A program made the position numbers and the translations under genes. A stretch of DNA of 64,000 nt from Bdellovibrionales bacterium (GTDB lineage: Bacteria > Bdellovibrionota > Bdellovibrionia > Bdellovibrionales > UBA1609), in the NCBI GenBank assembly GCA_965199825.1, contig OZ241329.1, forward strand, positions 32,001 through 96,000. The letters run 5' to 3'. A model generated the notes under the pieces. It was given only the letters and a program-made list of their open reading frames with translations, was not told the DNA's origin and searched no databases. Below, piece after piece: positions 19,558-30,166 of the stretch (its first letter is position 1; every line of letters starts with the position of its first letter).

Positions 19558-20906
19558 AGTGAACGCGAAAAAACGCTAGAGTTGGGCTTGGCCGATCGCA
19601 GTCGTAGATCGAGCGCCATACAGGCATTGCGCAAAAAGGGTTTTCCACGCTCGGTGATTGAGAGCTCTTTTCCTCGGACATGAACCAGATCATCTTCGAT
19701 CAGTTCTTTCAGATAATTTTCGATATCGTGGGCAATCTCTTCGCTTGGAAGTTCCACCCGCATTTGGGTCATAAATTTCAAGATCAATTGGCGCTGGGTT
19801 CGATCTTCTTCGGTCAACAAGTGACCACGCAATGTGGGAATCAGATTTTCGCCAATCTTACGCTCATAAATGGGCAAAACTTTTTCGTTTTGATGAAAGC
19901 AAGTTGGACTTTCCGAAATGCTGCTCACCCCAAGACCCAATAAAATATCGGTGCGTTGATCGGTGTAGCCCATAAAATTGCGATGCAGTTTTTTTTGTTG
20001 GTGAGCTTTGTAGAGCTCGTCTTTTTCGAGAGCAAAATGATCCATCCCAATCTCGTGATAGCCTGCCTGCGTGAGAGTGTCGTAGGCGACTTCGTAAAGC
20101 TCGCGTTTGAGATCCCCTACAGGAACATCTTCATCTTTGAACAAACGCTGTGCCGGCCTAATCCAAGGCACCATCGCAAAACTGTAAAGAGCAATCCGAT
20201 CGGGACGAAGTTCAATAGTTTGTTGTGCTGTTTTTAAAAAGGCTTCTTTATTTTGTTTAGGTAAACCATAAATCAAATCGTAATTGACCGAATCATATCC
20301 AATTTGGCGTGCCTCATCGGTCACCTTTTTGGTGAGTTCATAGGGCTGCACCCGATTAACAATCTTTTGGACTTCGGGATTAAAATCTTGCACGCCCAAA
20401 CTAATCCTTCGAAATCCCACACCATACAGAGCCTCGAGCTGATCTTTAGTCGTTCTTCGTGGATCGACCTCTACCGAGCCTTCAAAATTTTTATCTAAAC
20501 CAGAAATATTTGATAATAATTTTGAAACCATAAGCTCAAGCTGTTGAGCTGAGAGAAATGTTGGAGTCCCCCCGCCCAAATGAATTTGCTTAAGAGGAGC
20601 TTTTTTAAATTGCCCCACCTGATCGCAATACAGACTAAACTCTTTTAAAATTGTTTTGACGTAAGGCACTTCGACTTGGTGATTGCGTGTGATAATGGTG
20701 TTGCAACCACAAAAGGTGCATAACGATTCACAAAATGGAATATGCAAATACAGCGACCAAGAGGTCGATGGATTTTCGAACGCCTGATTGAGCGACTGGA
20801 TCCACTCCTCTGTGGTTGGGGAATGCGACCAATAAGGAACAGTGGGATAACTGGTATAGCGCGGAGCTTGAATATCATACTTTTTAAGCAGCGCATGATC
20901 GGTCAT
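19554..20906 (-). CDS. hemN: Oxygen-independent coproporphyrinogen III oxidase
   Basis: PRYTSYPT, YLHIPFCESLCTFCGC radical-SAM motif, GGGTPT, IGMDHF and HRNFMGY. Confidence 0.96.
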   Translation of the reverse strand: MTDHALLKKYDIQAPRYTSYPTVPYWSHSPTTEEWIQSLNQAFENPSTSWSLYLHIPFCESLCTFCGCNTIITRNHQVEVPYVKTILKEFSLYCDQVGQFKKAPLKQIHLGGGTPTFLSAQQLELMVSKLLSNISGLDKNFEGSVEVDPRRTTKDQLEALYGVGFRRISLGVQDFNPEVQKIVNRVQPYELTKKVTDEARQIGYDSVNYDLIYGLPKQNKEAFLKTAQQTIELRPDRIALYSFAMVPWIRPAQRLFKDEDVPVGDLKRELYEVAYDTLTQAGYHEIGMDHFALEKDELYKAHQQKKLHRNFMGYTDQRTDILLGLGVSSISESPTCFHQNEKVLPIYERKIGENLIPTLRGHLLTEEDRTQRQLILKFMTQMRVELPSEEIAHDIENYLKELIEDDLVHVRGKELSITERGKPFLRNACMALDLRLRSAKPNSSVFSRSL

Positions 20907-21904
20907 CTTAAAACCTCACGGGCATAGTCGACAAAAAGTTTGACGTTGCGCTCTGGAGTTTGTGGCAGAACGCCGTGACCTAAGCCGCAGATGTAGCCGT
21001 TGCGCTCTTCGACACTTAATTCTTTGAGTGGAGCAAAATAATTTTTTAGCGCGGGCTTTAAATCATCCATAAACAAAAGAGATTGATCGAAATTTCCTTG
21101 CACAAAACCTTGATGCTTCGATTTTAATCGATCAGCAAGATCCCAGCGATGATCATAACCACGGCCCAAAAACCCGGTGACCGCCTCAAAGTGACTGTGA
21201 GTCGCCCCTTTGGCGTAGTATCCCAATTGTCCAGGGTAGGCCTTTGCAATCTCATTGAGGTGAGGAGCTACCGTGTCTTTAAAATCGAGTGCCGAGAGCT
21301 CACCCGCAGCCGTGTCAAAGAGCATCACAACCTCTGCCCCATTTGAAAGTTGCAGTTTGATATTTGCAATCAATAGCGGCACAAGGATTTTGGCAAATTC
21401 CTTATAAAGTCCAAGCTGAGTTTTGGCCGCAATCAAATTGCCTTTATGAGCCCCTTCAACCGCATAGGTAAAAAGAGTCCACGGTCCACCCACAAAACCG
21501 ATTAAACTTTTATTGTTTGGAAGTCTTTGGCGTGTGGCTTTGACCGCCTCACCTTGAAAATGCAATTTGGGCAAGGCCTCCTCAATAGGTTTAAGATCTT
21601 TTAGGTTTGAAGGATTGAGCCTCCAAGCCAGTGCGGGTGCGGGATTATAGGTGAGACCCATACCGAGAGCTTCAAGCGGAAAAAGCAAATCAGAAAACAA
21701 AATCGAAACATCAAAATCAAAATCTTTGATTGGGCCCATTGCGGTTTCGGCCGCAAGTTCTGGCTCTTTACACAGCTGCATAAAGGAATATTTTTGTTTT
21801 AGATCTTGATAGTGATGATGATACCGCCCTGCTTGGCGCATAAACCAAATTGGTGGGGTGGCCTGAGTTTGAGATTTTAATGCATTTTGAAAAAGCTGAT
21901 TCAT
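20903..21904 (-). CDS. hemE: Uroporphyrinogen decarboxylase
   Basis: PIWFMRQAGRY, ILFSDLL, LIGFVGGPWTL, QGNFD and LGHGVLP motifs. Confidence 0.96.
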   Translation of the reverse strand: MNQLFQNALKSQTQATPPIWFMRQAGRYHHHYQDLKQKYSFMQLCKEPELAAETAMGPIKDFDFDVSILFSDLLFPLEALGMGLTYNPAPALAWRLNPSNLKDLKPIEEALPKLHFQGEAVKATRQRLPNNKSLIGFVGGPWTLFTYAVEGAHKGNLIAAKTQLGLYKEFAKILVPLLIANIKLQLSNGAEVVMLFDTAAGELSALDFKDTVAPHLNEIAKAYPGQLGYYAKGATHSHFEAVTGFLGRGYDHRWDLADRLKSKHQGFVQGNFDQSLLFMDDLKPALKNYFAPLKELSVEERNGYICGLGHGVLPQTPERNVKLFVDYAREVLR

Positions 21905-22566
21905 TTGGGTCCTTCCCATTGATAACCAATTCCTCTAACAGAACGGATCGCGCGCCCAGCATTGAGGCCGAGCACTTGGCGCAATCGAAGAATGGCATTG
22001 TCCACTGTGCGATTTGTGGGAAATTTGTCATGCCCCCACACCTCGTCTAAAATTTCGTCGCGACTTAAAACTTTGGGTGATGAGGTGATCAAAAATTTTA
22101 AGATCTCCATATCTTTAAATGGAATCGCCTCAGATTTTCCATCATCAAACCGCAAGCGGCAGGCGCCAAATTCGATCGAGACATCCTCGATATGTAGATC
22201 ATCTTTTGCCCGATGATTTTGCAGCACATGATTCACCCGGAGCAAAAGTTCTTTGAGGTGAAAGGGCTTCGGAATATATTCCTCGCATCCCATCTCGTAG
22301 CCCTTGAGGCGAGCCTCAGCATGGCTTTGGGCGGTCACAAAAATAAAAGGCGCCGAGGTTTTTGAGCGAATTTGTTTTGCCAAATCAAAACCCGAACCAT
22401 CGGGCAATCCCACATCAAGTATAAATAAATCATATTGATCAAGGACTTGGGCTAAAGCCTCATGTATGGTTTCCGACTTAAAAACCGAATAGCCTTCGCG
22501 CTCAAGACGTTCTTTTAAAGTTGACCCCAAGCTTTGATCATCTTCGACCAGCATCAATTGAGTCAT
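21901..22566 (-). CDS. OmpR/PhoB-family response regulator
   Basis: Receiver domain (EDD, LDVGLPD, KPF) plus winged helix (SRDEILDEVWG, RTVDNAILRLR, VRGIGY). Confidence 0.94.
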   Translation of the reverse strand: MTQLMLVEDDQSLGSTLKERLEREGYSVFKSETIHEALAQVLDQYDLFILDVGLPDGSGFDLAKQIRSKTSAPFIFVTAQSHAEARLKGYEMGCEEYIPKPFHLKELLLRVNHVLQNHRAKDDLHIEDVSIEFGACRLRFDDGKSEAIPFKDMEILKFLITSSPKVLSRDEILDEVWGHDKFPTNRTVDNAILRLRQVLGLNAGRAIRSVRGIGYQWEGPK

Positions 22567-23435
22567 AAAGTAACACCCGAGAGTTCGAGCTCAAAGACCA
22601 AAGACTTTTCGCGCAATTCAAAATTGAGCAGACCATTCATTTTTTTAGCTAACGACTTTGCGATATGAAGCCCGAGTCCACTGCCACTGCTCGTGGTGTG
22701 GCGAAAAAACGGCTCGGTGAGTTTTTTAAAATCTCCGTTGAAGCCATTGCCATTATCAGAAATCTCAAGAGCGATTTTTTGATTCTGCTTTTGTTTTGGT
22801 AAAATTTTAATTGCACTCGCCTTGCCGTGAATAATGGCGTTTTGAATAATATTTGAAAGCAAATTTTTAAGTGCCCGCTCGTCGGCTTCAACCACACAGT
22901 TTTTGGCCAGTTGGATTTGGGTTTGGGGCCACTGATATGAGAGGCTTTGAACTAATTTTGAAAGCTCCAAGGATTCCAAAATCACTCCGCTGCGCTCGGG
23001 ACTTGCAACCATCAAACTATTTTCAAGTTTCAATTGCAGTCGAACCGTATCGGCAACTAAGCGATCAAGAACGGTCATTGAGGGGTGATCAAAATCTTCT
23101 TTAAGGCTTTCGGCTTGAAGCCTCAGACTTGCAAGTGCGGTTTTCATATCATGCGAAAAGGCGGCAAAAAATTCTTTGAGTCGTCCGCCCTCGCGCTCTT
23201 GTTTGATCACCAAAAACAAAAGGGTCACGCCGGAAGCCACAAGCAAAATAATCCAGCTAATACCTTCGCTCACCAGCATATGTTTTTGCCTGGTAAATTC
23301 GGCATGGGCTTGGGGATTATAATGGGCAAGCTTTTCGATTTGCGAAAGTCCAAGGGTCATCCACCATCCCGCAAGCGAGAGTGTTAAAAGAAGCCAAAGA
23401 CTGATGAGTATCAATTTCCAATTAAGCTTTTTCAT
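22563..23435 (-). CDS. Sensor histidine kinase
   Basis: Two TM helices, H-box SHDMKT, N-box NIIQNA, DNGNG and GSGLGL. Confidence 0.93.
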   Translation of the reverse strand: MKKLNWKLILISLWLLLTLSLAGWWMTLGLSQIEKLAHYNPQAHAEFTRQKHMLVSEGISWIILLVASGVTLLFLVIKQEREGGRLKEFFAAFSHDMKTALASLRLQAESLKEDFDHPSMTVLDRLVADTVRLQLKLENSLMVASPERSGVILESLELSKLVQSLSYQWPQTQIQLAKNCVVEADERALKNLLSNIIQNAIIHGKASAIKILPKQKQNQKIALEISDNGNGFNGDFKKLTEPFFRHTTSSGSGLGLHIAKSLAKKMNGLLNFELREKSLVFELELSGVTL

Positions 23436-24714
23436 AAACGGCTGTGAAAGCCTCTTTGATACCTTTTATTGATTGTTCTAAAATTGAATCGGTATGGGCC
23501 ATGGACATAAATCCGACTTCGTACCCGCTGGGAGCCAAAAATATTTTTTGTTTTAGCAATTGATGAAAAAACTTTTTAAAACTCTCGGCATGACCCTTAG
23601 GAATTTGATCAAGCCTGCGTATGGTCTCATTTGTTTTTGAGTGAAACCAAAATAGACTCGCGTAACTTGAGATATCCATCGGAAAACTTTTTTTGGTTAA
23701 AAAATCCTGAATTTCATTACGAAACATTTCGGTTTTTTTCTCTAAAATTTCGTACGCATTGACCCGCTTGATTTTTTCTAATGTAGCCAGCCCTGCACGC
23801 ATCCCAATCGGATTTGCACTCAATGTGCCCGCTTGATAGACCGATCCCTCAGGCGCAACCAAAGACATCAGATCTTGTCGACCGCCGTACGCCCCTACCG
23901 CTAAACCGCCGCCTAAAATTTTTCCGTAGGTCACAAGATCGGGTGTGATATTGAGGCGCTCGGCCATGCCCCCAAGTGCGGTGCGAAAACCAGAAATCAC
24001 TTCGTCAAAGATCACCAACGCTTGAGATTTTTTAGCGGCTTGAACCGCTTTTTTTATAAACTCTTCGCGTTGAACCAATAAGCCATAATTTGCGGGCAAG
24101 GGTTCAAGAATAATTGCGGCAACAGTATGACCATGTTCAGTAAAAAATTTTTCGAGTGTGGCTTCATCATCCAAAGGGAGCACATGCGTGGTTGAGGCAA
24201 ACTCAGCAGGAACTCCTAGAGAGTCCGATGCCGCCTCACCCGCAAGACCGCTTCCGGCTTTGACCAAGAGCGAGTCGACATGACCATGATAGCAACCTTC
24301 GAATTTCACAATTCGGGTTCGGCCCGTGGCACCGCGCGCGACCCTTAAAGCACTCATCACCGCCTCAGTGCCTGAACAAACAAATCTTATTTTTTCGACA
24401 TGAGGAACATTTTTTGTAACCCATTCTGCAAGTTCAAGTGAATAGGGCTCGCATGTGCCAAACGCCCACGCGGTATCTACCGCCTCATGCAGCACCGAGG
24501 ACACATCGGGATCGCGATGGCCCAAAATATGTGGACCAAATCCCATACAAAAATCGATATAGGTCTCACCCTCCACCGATGTGAGCTGAGCGCCCTTTGC
24601 CGACTTAAAAAAGATGGGTGTACCACCCACACTTTTAAAAGCACGAACGGGTGAGTGCACCCCACCGGGGGCAACTTTTTTGGATCGTTCAAAAAGTTCG
24701 GCTGAATTCATCAT
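23422..24714 (-). CDS. hemL: Glutamate-1-semialdehyde 2,1-aminomutase
   Basis: [33 protein letters not shown] and [19 protein letters not shown] before 24714. Confidence 0.96.
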   Translation of the reverse strand: MMNSAELFERSKKVAPGGVHSPVRAFKSVGGTPIFFKSAKGAQLTSVEGETYIDFCMGFGPHILGHRDPDVSSVLHEAVDTAWAFGTCEPYSLELAEWVTKNVPHVEKIRFVCSGTEAVMSALRVARGATGRTRIVKFEGCYHGHVDSLLVKAGSGLAGEAASDSLGVPAEFASTTHVLPLDDEATLEKFFTEHGHTVAAIILEPLPANYGLLVQREEFIKKAVQAAKKSQALVIFDEVISGFRTALGGMAERLNITPDLVTYGKILGGGLAVGAYGGRQDLMSLVAPEGSVYQAGTLSANPIGMRAGLATLEKIKRVNAYEILEKKTEMFRNEIQDFLTKKSFPMDISSYASLFWFHSKTNETIRRLDQIPKGHAESFKKFFHQLLKQKIFLAPSGYEVGFMSMAHTDSILEQSIKGIKEAFTAVYEKA

Positions 24715-24721
24715 TCCTCTT

Positions 24722-26218
24722 TCATATGTTGTCTGAAAGGCTGTGTTCAAGACTTAAAAATATCTGAAATTGAGCATCACCCGTGAGGCGCCGCTGGACC
24801 GTCTCAGAGGTGAGCCCAGGCCCACAGGCATGAAATCCTCTCGAGCAAAGACTCGGGTCAAGTTCCAATGCCCGCTCAAATTGGCTTCCACTCATCCAAT
24901 AAAAATGAGTCTTTTTGGAAAAATCAAAAGGTCCATTTTGTTTTAATTTATAAGTTGGAACCACCGAGTAATTTTGTTTATGAGAGCCGGTATGGGTGAG
25001 CTTGATCCAATCTATATTTTTACCCGCCAAATGATCAATATGGGGCAATTCCCGCTCACCCAAAGAATCGGCAGACCCATGCACCCAAAAACCTCGCCCG
25101 GCTAAAGCTGCCCAAGTTTTTATCCCAGCAGTCCAAATATAACCAGCGTCGGTCGGACTCATATCCATGGGGACCGAACTTTCGCGCGCCACCCACCAAT
25201 CTTTTTTTAAACCTATTTTATTTATAACTGCTGAGCGATCAAAAAGTTCGCGTTCAAACAATCGCTCATGCCGGTTGGGAAAAAATTGTGATAGCTCTGC
25301 CGGTGGCTGCCAATTTCCCTGAGAAATTAATTTTCGCGAATCGAGCAACTCGCCCGCTTGAGTTTCACCTTGGATAAATTGAATCTCGCCAAAAGAGCGA
25401 TGAAGCACACTGATCCCAATTTTTTGATGGCAGCCACCGCCATAGCTTTTTAAAATATTTCGCTCGGCTGTGGCCTCGTCAAAAGTTTGAACATGATTGA
25501 TTGATGCTAAAATTTTTAAAATTTGGGCGTCATTGCTTCGCGCTTCTATGGCAAGAGCACCTTGGGCCGCAGCAGTAGGACAAACAGAAAGAGGCCACAC
25601 CTGAAACTCGCACTGATCCATTAGCGATCGGACTTTTGTTTTTACCTCATGATATTCAAGATGGTCTGAGGACAAAAATCGATCCAAGGCCGCTTTTGCC
25701 ACAAATAAAATATCACCGTCACCCGCAATCAATTTTTCGATACGTGTGGGAACATTTCCCCTCACCGCGGCATACTGGATATTGTCCACTTGCCATGGAA
25801 GACTTTTTTTTAAAAATTTACTCGCCCCAAAAACTCGCCGTGGGGACGAGGTCAAAATAGTTAATGATGACGAGCGTTTTTCAAAAGTTTTTTTGGTCAT
25901 CAGCAAAACGTCTCTGCTATCTTCGCGCTCTAGCGTTGCCGCCACTCTTGTGTGCTCACGCATTTCGACCGGCAAATCTTTCCACGAGTGCACCACAAGA
26001 TCGCATTCCCCTCGAACCAAATCATTGTAAAAATCTTCGGTAAATACCCCTTTGGATTCAGATTGCCAGAGGGGAATATGAGCGTTTTGATCTCCTAAAG
26101 AAGATTTAAAAATAAAGTCCAATTGAAGGTGTGGATTTTTTTTTAAGAGAGCATTCCCCACCGTATGCGCTTGCAGACGTGCAAGCTCGCTCTTTCGCGA
26201 GGCAATTCTTAGGCGCAC
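24722..26218 (-). CDS. hemC: Hydroxymethylbilane synthase with a long C-terminal extension (possible HemD-like fusion)
   Basis: [33 protein letters not shown] and GGGC motifs; 498 aa versus ~310 aa for typical HemC. Confidence 0.9.
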   Translation of the reverse strand: MRLRIASRKSELARLQAHTVGNALLKKNPHLQLDFIFKSSLGDQNAHIPLWQSESKGVFTEDFYNDLVRGECDLVVHSWKDLPVEMREHTRVAATLEREDSRDVLLMTKKTFEKRSSSLTILTSSPRRVFGASKFLKKSLPWQVDNIQYAAVRGNVPTRIEKLIAGDGDILFVAKAALDRFLSSDHLEYHEVKTKVRSLMDQCEFQVWPLSVCPTAAAQGALAIEARSNDAQILKILASINHVQTFDEATAERNILKSYGGGCHQKIGISVLHRSFGEIQFIQGETQAGELLDSRKLISQGNWQPPAELSQFFPNRHERLFERELFDRSAVINKIGLKKDWWVARESSVPMDMSPTDAGYIWTAGIKTWAALAGRGFWVHGSADSLGERELPHIDHLAGKNIDWIKLTHTGSHKQNYSVVPTYKLKQNGPFDFSKKTHFYWMSGSQFERALELDPSLCSRGFHACGPGLTSETVQRRLTGDAQFQIFLSLEHSLSDNI

Positions 26219-27048
26219 AGATCATCCCATCCGAAAGGTCGGATAAGACGACGAGAAAATCGGACTTCAGCCGCTTGATCAATTGCCCTTTTGGCTTGTC
26301 TTGCAAGCTTAAGACGTTTTTTTAAACCTTGATCAACTTGAGAAAATGCATCTTTAAGACAATAAAACTCAACCCCATTGATCAGACTTTGATTTTCACC
26401 TTCGCGAAAATCAATCACCGTTTTAAATTGGCAATCATTGCGCGCAATCCAATCCAAAAGTTCTTGATTTGAAAGTGGGGCTGCGATGATCAACGCCCCA
26501 CCCAATTTTTGATTGGGTTCAGATAACGAAACAACTTGGCCTTTAAGAACCTCTTTCGCTTTTTCAGTTGAGCGCACATGTGAGGTGAGAGTCTCAACAC
26601 TTTTCATCATCCAAGGATTGATCTCTTGAGCCAAATGCCCACCGCCAATCACATGCACCGCATTTTGACCTTTGCACCAGCGACGAGCAAGACTCGCATA
26701 ACTTTGCGATCCAAAATTTTTGAGATATTGATTGCGAACCGCCTTTGCGTCCACCCACAAATGGTGAATAAACTTACCAAACGGATTTTCTAAACCGACC
26801 TGCTCCATAAACAATTTAAATTGACCCATCACTTCGGTTTCGCCGAGCAAAGAAGATTTAAGTCCACAGATTATTTGGAGCAAAAACTGATACGCCGATT
26901 GATCACTATAAAATTCGGTAGCAGAGCTAGGCTGATGAATCGTAAATGTAATTTCACGAAGACATGTCGCCCACCTTAGATCGCCAGGTTGGAGCGGAGC
27001 CGACTGACAGGGTTTTGTTTGATGAATCACAAAAAGACGGATTGCCAT
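26209..27048 (-). CDS. hemA: Glutamyl-tRNA reductase, short form
   Basis: TCLR catalytic Cys, GLKSSLLGETEVMGQFK and IGGG Rossmann start; first gene of the hem operon; only 279 aa. Confidence 0.82.
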   Translation of the reverse strand: MAIRLFVIHQTKPCQSAPLQPGDLRWATCLREITFTIHQPSSATEFYSDQSAYQFLLQIICGLKSSLLGETEVMGQFKLFMEQVGLENPFGKFIHHLWVDAKAVRNQYLKNFGSQSYASLARRWCKGQNAVHVIGGGHLAQEINPWMMKSVETLTSHVRSTEKAKEVLKGQVVSLSEPNQKLGGALIIAAPLSNQELLDWIARNDCQFKTVIDFREGENQSLINGVEFYCLKDAFSQVDQGLKKRLKLARQAKRAIDQAAEVRFSRRLIRPFGWDDLCA

Positions 27049-27081
27049 AACTGAGAATTTTAAGTCTTTTTGGCAAGGTTT

Positions 27082-27100
27082 ATGTCACATAAATGTCACA
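27082..27100 (-). promoter_or_regulatory. Tandem ATGTCACA repeat (OmpR/PhoB-type box) upstream of hemA
   Basis: ATGTCACA at 27082-27089 and 27093-27100 (11-bp period); TAAAAT -10-like element 8 nt before the hemA ATG on the minus strand. Confidence 0.55.
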
Positions 27101-27102
27101 AC

Positions 27103-28146
27103 TTAGGTGCGCAGTGGCAACAACAGACTAAATGTGGTCCCATGAACCGGAGTGCTGGTGATCTCGATTTGGCCCCCATGGGCTTGGACAATTCCTTTCA
27201 CCAGCGGAAGTCCAAGGCCCCATCCGTTTGGATCGGTGCGACCGGCTCGATAAAAGGGTTCAAACAAAGCCCCTTGATCACTAAGGGCGATCGGCTCACC
27301 TTTGTTGTGAACCGAAAGTTTCACGATCGAATCCATCTGGGCCAACGTCACCCGAATTTCACCTTTGGGCTCGCCGTACTTAAACGCGTTGGTCAAAAGA
27401 TTTTCGAGGGCTCGGCGCATCCCCTCCTCGCTCCAAATTCCGATGAGCTTCTCAGGAATCTCCAGCCGAACGCGCTCCACATTGTAAGCGCGCAACTCCT
27501 CCACCGTTTTTTTGATAACCACAACAAGATCGCAGGTTTTAAAATTAAGATTCAAAATATGGCCGGCACGCATACGTCCAAGATCGAGGAGTGTTTCGAT
27601 CAGTTGATCTGCACGATCTAGACTTTCGATGGCACGCCCAGAAAATCGATTTTGGGTTTCGGGAGCCATTTGATACCTGAGCGACATTTGTATCGACATC
27701 TTGGCCGCCGCCAATGGATTTCGAATATCGTGGGAGACCATCAAGAGCATGCGCTCCATCGTTTTTGCCACATCCTCGGCATGACGTCGCGCCATTAAAA
27801 GCTGGCGAATCGAGAGTCTTAACGAAGCCGATAAAATGCTCACCGCAAGACCAAAGGCACATATAATATAAAGATTATGAAAACTCTCAGGAGTTAAAAG
27901 AACCGTTCCGAAAGGCTCGAGAAAAAAATAATCGGTAAGGACTACCAGCACCACAGTCGCGATCAGTCCGAGCCACCACCCGGCGAGCAATGTAATCAAA
28001 AAAATAACGATAATGGTGACTAATGGAAAATAGATCCCTGTTTCAGACTTCATCAGCCCGGTGAGCAAAAGCCCGAAAACCAAAGTCAAAAAAGCTAAAA
28101 AGTTACGAATCCAATAAGAATGGGGAGAAAAAAACTTTTCCCACAT
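27103..28146 (-). CDS. Sensor histidine kinase with a DUF4118/KdpD-like membrane domain
   Basis: TM region with DYFFLEP, H-box SHDIRNPL, NLLTNAFKY and GWGLGL. Start uncertain (28146 or 28209). Confidence 0.9.
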   Translation of the reverse strand: MWEKFFSPHSYWIRNFLAFLTLVFGLLLTGLMKSETGIYFPLVTIIVIFLITLLAGWWLGLIATVVLVVLTDYFFLEPFGTVLLTPESFHNLYIICAFGLAVSILSASLRLSIRQLLMARRHAEDVAKTMERMLLMVSHDIRNPLAAAKMSIQMSLRYQMAPETQNRFSGRAIESLDRADQLIETLLDLGRMRAGHILNLNFKTCDLVVVIKKTVEELRAYNVERVRLEIPEKLIGIWSEEGMRRALENLLTNAFKYGEPKGEIRVTLAQMDSIVKLSVHNKGEPIALSDQGALFEPFYRAGRTDPNGWGLGLPLVKGIVQAHGGQIEITSTPVHGTTFSLLLPLRT

Positions 28147-28236
28147 CGTGATGATGACGAGTTCAAGTTGTGGCTTAGAAGGTAAATGGTTTTCCAACAG
28201 AGAAGGCATTGCGCCATTTTTAACTACGGATCAATC

Positions 28237-28273
28237 AAAAAAAAATCACGGAGCGCAATACGCACTCCGTGAT
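28237..28273 (-). terminator. Intrinsic terminator after the OMP gene
   Basis: ATCACGGAG-x-GC stem pair with an A9 run on the + strand, giving a U tail on the minus strand. Confidence 0.8.
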
Positions 28274-28280
28274 CACATAA

Positions 28281-28910
28281 TTAGAGCTCGAGAGGGAACG
28301 AGAAGCTAGCAACCCAAGTATTTTGGTGAAGCTTTACACTAGTAAAATCTGATCCAGGATTAAATGATCCGATGGATTGAGCAGTCATGGTTCCATAGCC
28401 CAATTCTTGATACTCAAGATTGATGCTAAATGCGCTTACGCGAAAACCTGCTCCAACACGGAAACCTTTGCCGTTAGAAAATTTAACGTCATAGTTGCCG
28501 CTCGCGTCGGGATCAAGTTCTGCATACGGAATATAAGATCCGTACACACGCAAACCAATTTCAGGCATTTGAATCCCTACAACTGGAGCAATTTGATAAG
28601 CCTTTGCTTGTGCATCGTATCCAACCGATGAATCGGTAAACTTAGGCATAGAATAACGAGCATCTGCCGCTACAAAAAACATTTCGTCGATATGGAAACC
28701 AACACGACCATAAACCCCAAAACCTTTTACATTGCCAGACGATGTATTAAAAGGTGATGGCCAATCCAGCGAAGTGCCGGCAGTTTCATATGTGATACCA
28801 GGTTCAACATAAAAACCACTTTTTGGTTGTCTGTATTCTTCACCCCAACCGAAAGCTAGAGTTCCTGCAGCAAGTAAGCTTGCTAAGATTGCATTTTTAA
28901 TTAAATTCAT
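28281..28910 (-). CDS. Outer-membrane beta-barrel protein
   Basis: Signal peptide, alternating aromatic/Gly strands and GGAG RBS. Confidence 0.75.
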   Translation of the reverse strand: MNLIKNAILASLLAAGTLAFGWGEEYRQPKSGFYVEPGITYETAGTSLDWPSPFNTSSGNVKGFGVYGRVGFHIDEMFFVAADARYSMPKFTDSSVGYDAQAKAYQIAPVVGIQMPEIGLRVYGSYIPYAELDPDASGNYDVKFSNGKGFRVGAGFRVSAFSINLEYQELGYGTMTAQSIGSFNPGSDFTSVKLHQNTWVASFSFPLEL

Positions 28911-28922
28911 TTTCTATATCTC

Positions 28923-29159
28923 CTATTCAACTTTGTCTTTTACGTTCTCAATTTTATGCTTCACTTTTTTTGGTAAGCATTTTAATTTTCCATTTACAGT
29001 TTCGCAAGCTTTGTCGTCTGCAGCTCGAGCCTTTTCTTTGGCTTTTACTTTGACTTCTTTTGCAGCTTCTTTGACTGTTTCTGTGGCTTCTTCCATTGCT
29101 GATTCAGCAAAACTTCCGAAGCTCACGATAAGACCCAGAGCTAAAATCATATTTTTCAT
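28923..29159 (-). CDS. Small secreted Lys/Glu-rich protein
   Basis: Signal peptide, C-x8-C and AAGGAG RBS. Confidence 0.75.
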   Translation of the reverse strand: MKNMILALGLIVSFGSFAESAMEEATETVKEAAKEVKVKAKEKARAADDKACETVNGKLKCLPKKVKHKIENVKDKVE

Positions 29160-29170
29160 TCAATTCTCCT

Positions 29171-29356
29171 TTATGGTAAACGCTTAGTTGCTTTAGAACC
29201 CATTAGTAAGCTGCCAATCAACGAGATGGCAACAAGTGCTAAAAATATAAATAGCAATGTGCGACCGATTTCTACTGATAAGCCAGCAACTCCGTAAAGA
29301 CCAAAAACGTATGCAACAATTCCGATTAGGAAAAATCCAATCGATGCGCGAATCAT
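29171..29356 (-). CDS. DUF1328 (YtjA-like) small membrane protein
   Basis: MIRASIGFFLIGIVAYVFG..GVAGLSVEIGRTL pattern; AAGGAG RBS. Confidence 0.8.
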   Translation of the reverse strand: MIRASIGFFLIGIVAYVFGLYGVAGLSVEIGRTLLFIFLALVAISLIGSLLMGSKATKRLP

Positions 29357-29403
29357 AGAAACTCCTTTATTTTAAATTTTTTTATCTCGCTCGGGAGTTG
29401 AAC

Positions 29404-29419
29404 TGCAAAGGGCGAACCT
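29404..29419 (-). promoter_or_regulatory. Sigma54-like -24/-12 promoter
   Basis: Minus strand AGGTTCGCCCTTTGCA gives GG-N10-GC with TTGC, about 48 nt upstream of the DUF1328 ATG. Confidence 0.45.
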
Positions 29420-29518
29420 ACTAAAAACTCGATATTGGCCGCCAACAACTCCCTTATTGTACCAAAACGACAGGGCAGGAGTTCGCATTTTGAACGCGCG
29501 TTAAACAAATAAGATGCT

Positions 29519-30166
29519 TCAAGAGAACCCGACTTCAAAGACTTCGGCTTGCGAAATCGCAAAGATTTTTTTGTCCCTCGTTTGCTCAATTTTAAAACCA
29601 CCGGTCAACGAACCATAGGACGGCAATGTGATCGCATGAGGCTTGACCACAAAGCATGGCAAACGCAATTTCACCGATCCGTGTTTGAGCTGAATCACGG
29701 GATGGATATGGCCCGAAATCTCATATTCCCCTTTTGGCTTTTTGTGACCATGACTCAAAATTACTGGGCCCATCGCCAAAAAATCATCGATCAAGTCAAC
29801 ATCAAGTTCGCGCAAAAAAGGTAAGGATCCGCGCTCGTGATTGCCTAAGACGATTTGAAATTTGATATTTTTTTTTGGATCAAAAAACTTCTTTAGACTT
29901 AAAAAAAGATCATTGGTCCAACTATTTTTTTGATGAATCAAATCACCAAGGATGGCCACGGTTTGAACGTCATGTTCATTGATCAAAACTTTAAGACGTT
30001 CGAGGTCCTCAACATCACTTCCGATCGGGATCGGAATACCAAAGGATTGCAAACTTTCGGCTTTGCCCAAGTGAAGATCAGATAAAATTAATGTTTTTGT
30101 GCGCGGCCAGAAGATCACTTTTTCTTTTAACAAACGGAGTTCTTCGCCCGCAAACTCTAAGGTCAT
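29519..30166 (-). CDS. pdeM: Ligase-associated DNA damage response endonuclease (metallophosphoesterase)
   Basis: SDLHLGK, LGDLIH, GNH, SHGH and SGHIHP; last gene of the Exo-Lig-Lhr cluster. Confidence 0.9.
   Translation of the reverse strand: MTLEFAGEELRLLKEKVIFWPRTKTLILSDLHLGKAESLQSFGIPIPIGSDVEDLERLKVLINEHDVQTVAILGDLIHQKNSWTNDLFLSLKKFFDPKKNIKFQIVLGNHERGSLPFLRELDVDLIDDFLAMGPVILSHGHKKPKGEYEISGHIHPVIQLKHGSVKLRLPCFVVKPHAITLPSYGSLTGGFKIEQTRDKKIFAISQAEVFEVGFS

Noticed and set aside
27070..27621. 183-aa plus-strand ORF and the many other short antisense ORFs in the track
   Set aside because: They lie antisense or out of frame within well-supported genes and show no motifs or RBS; treated as shadow ORFs.
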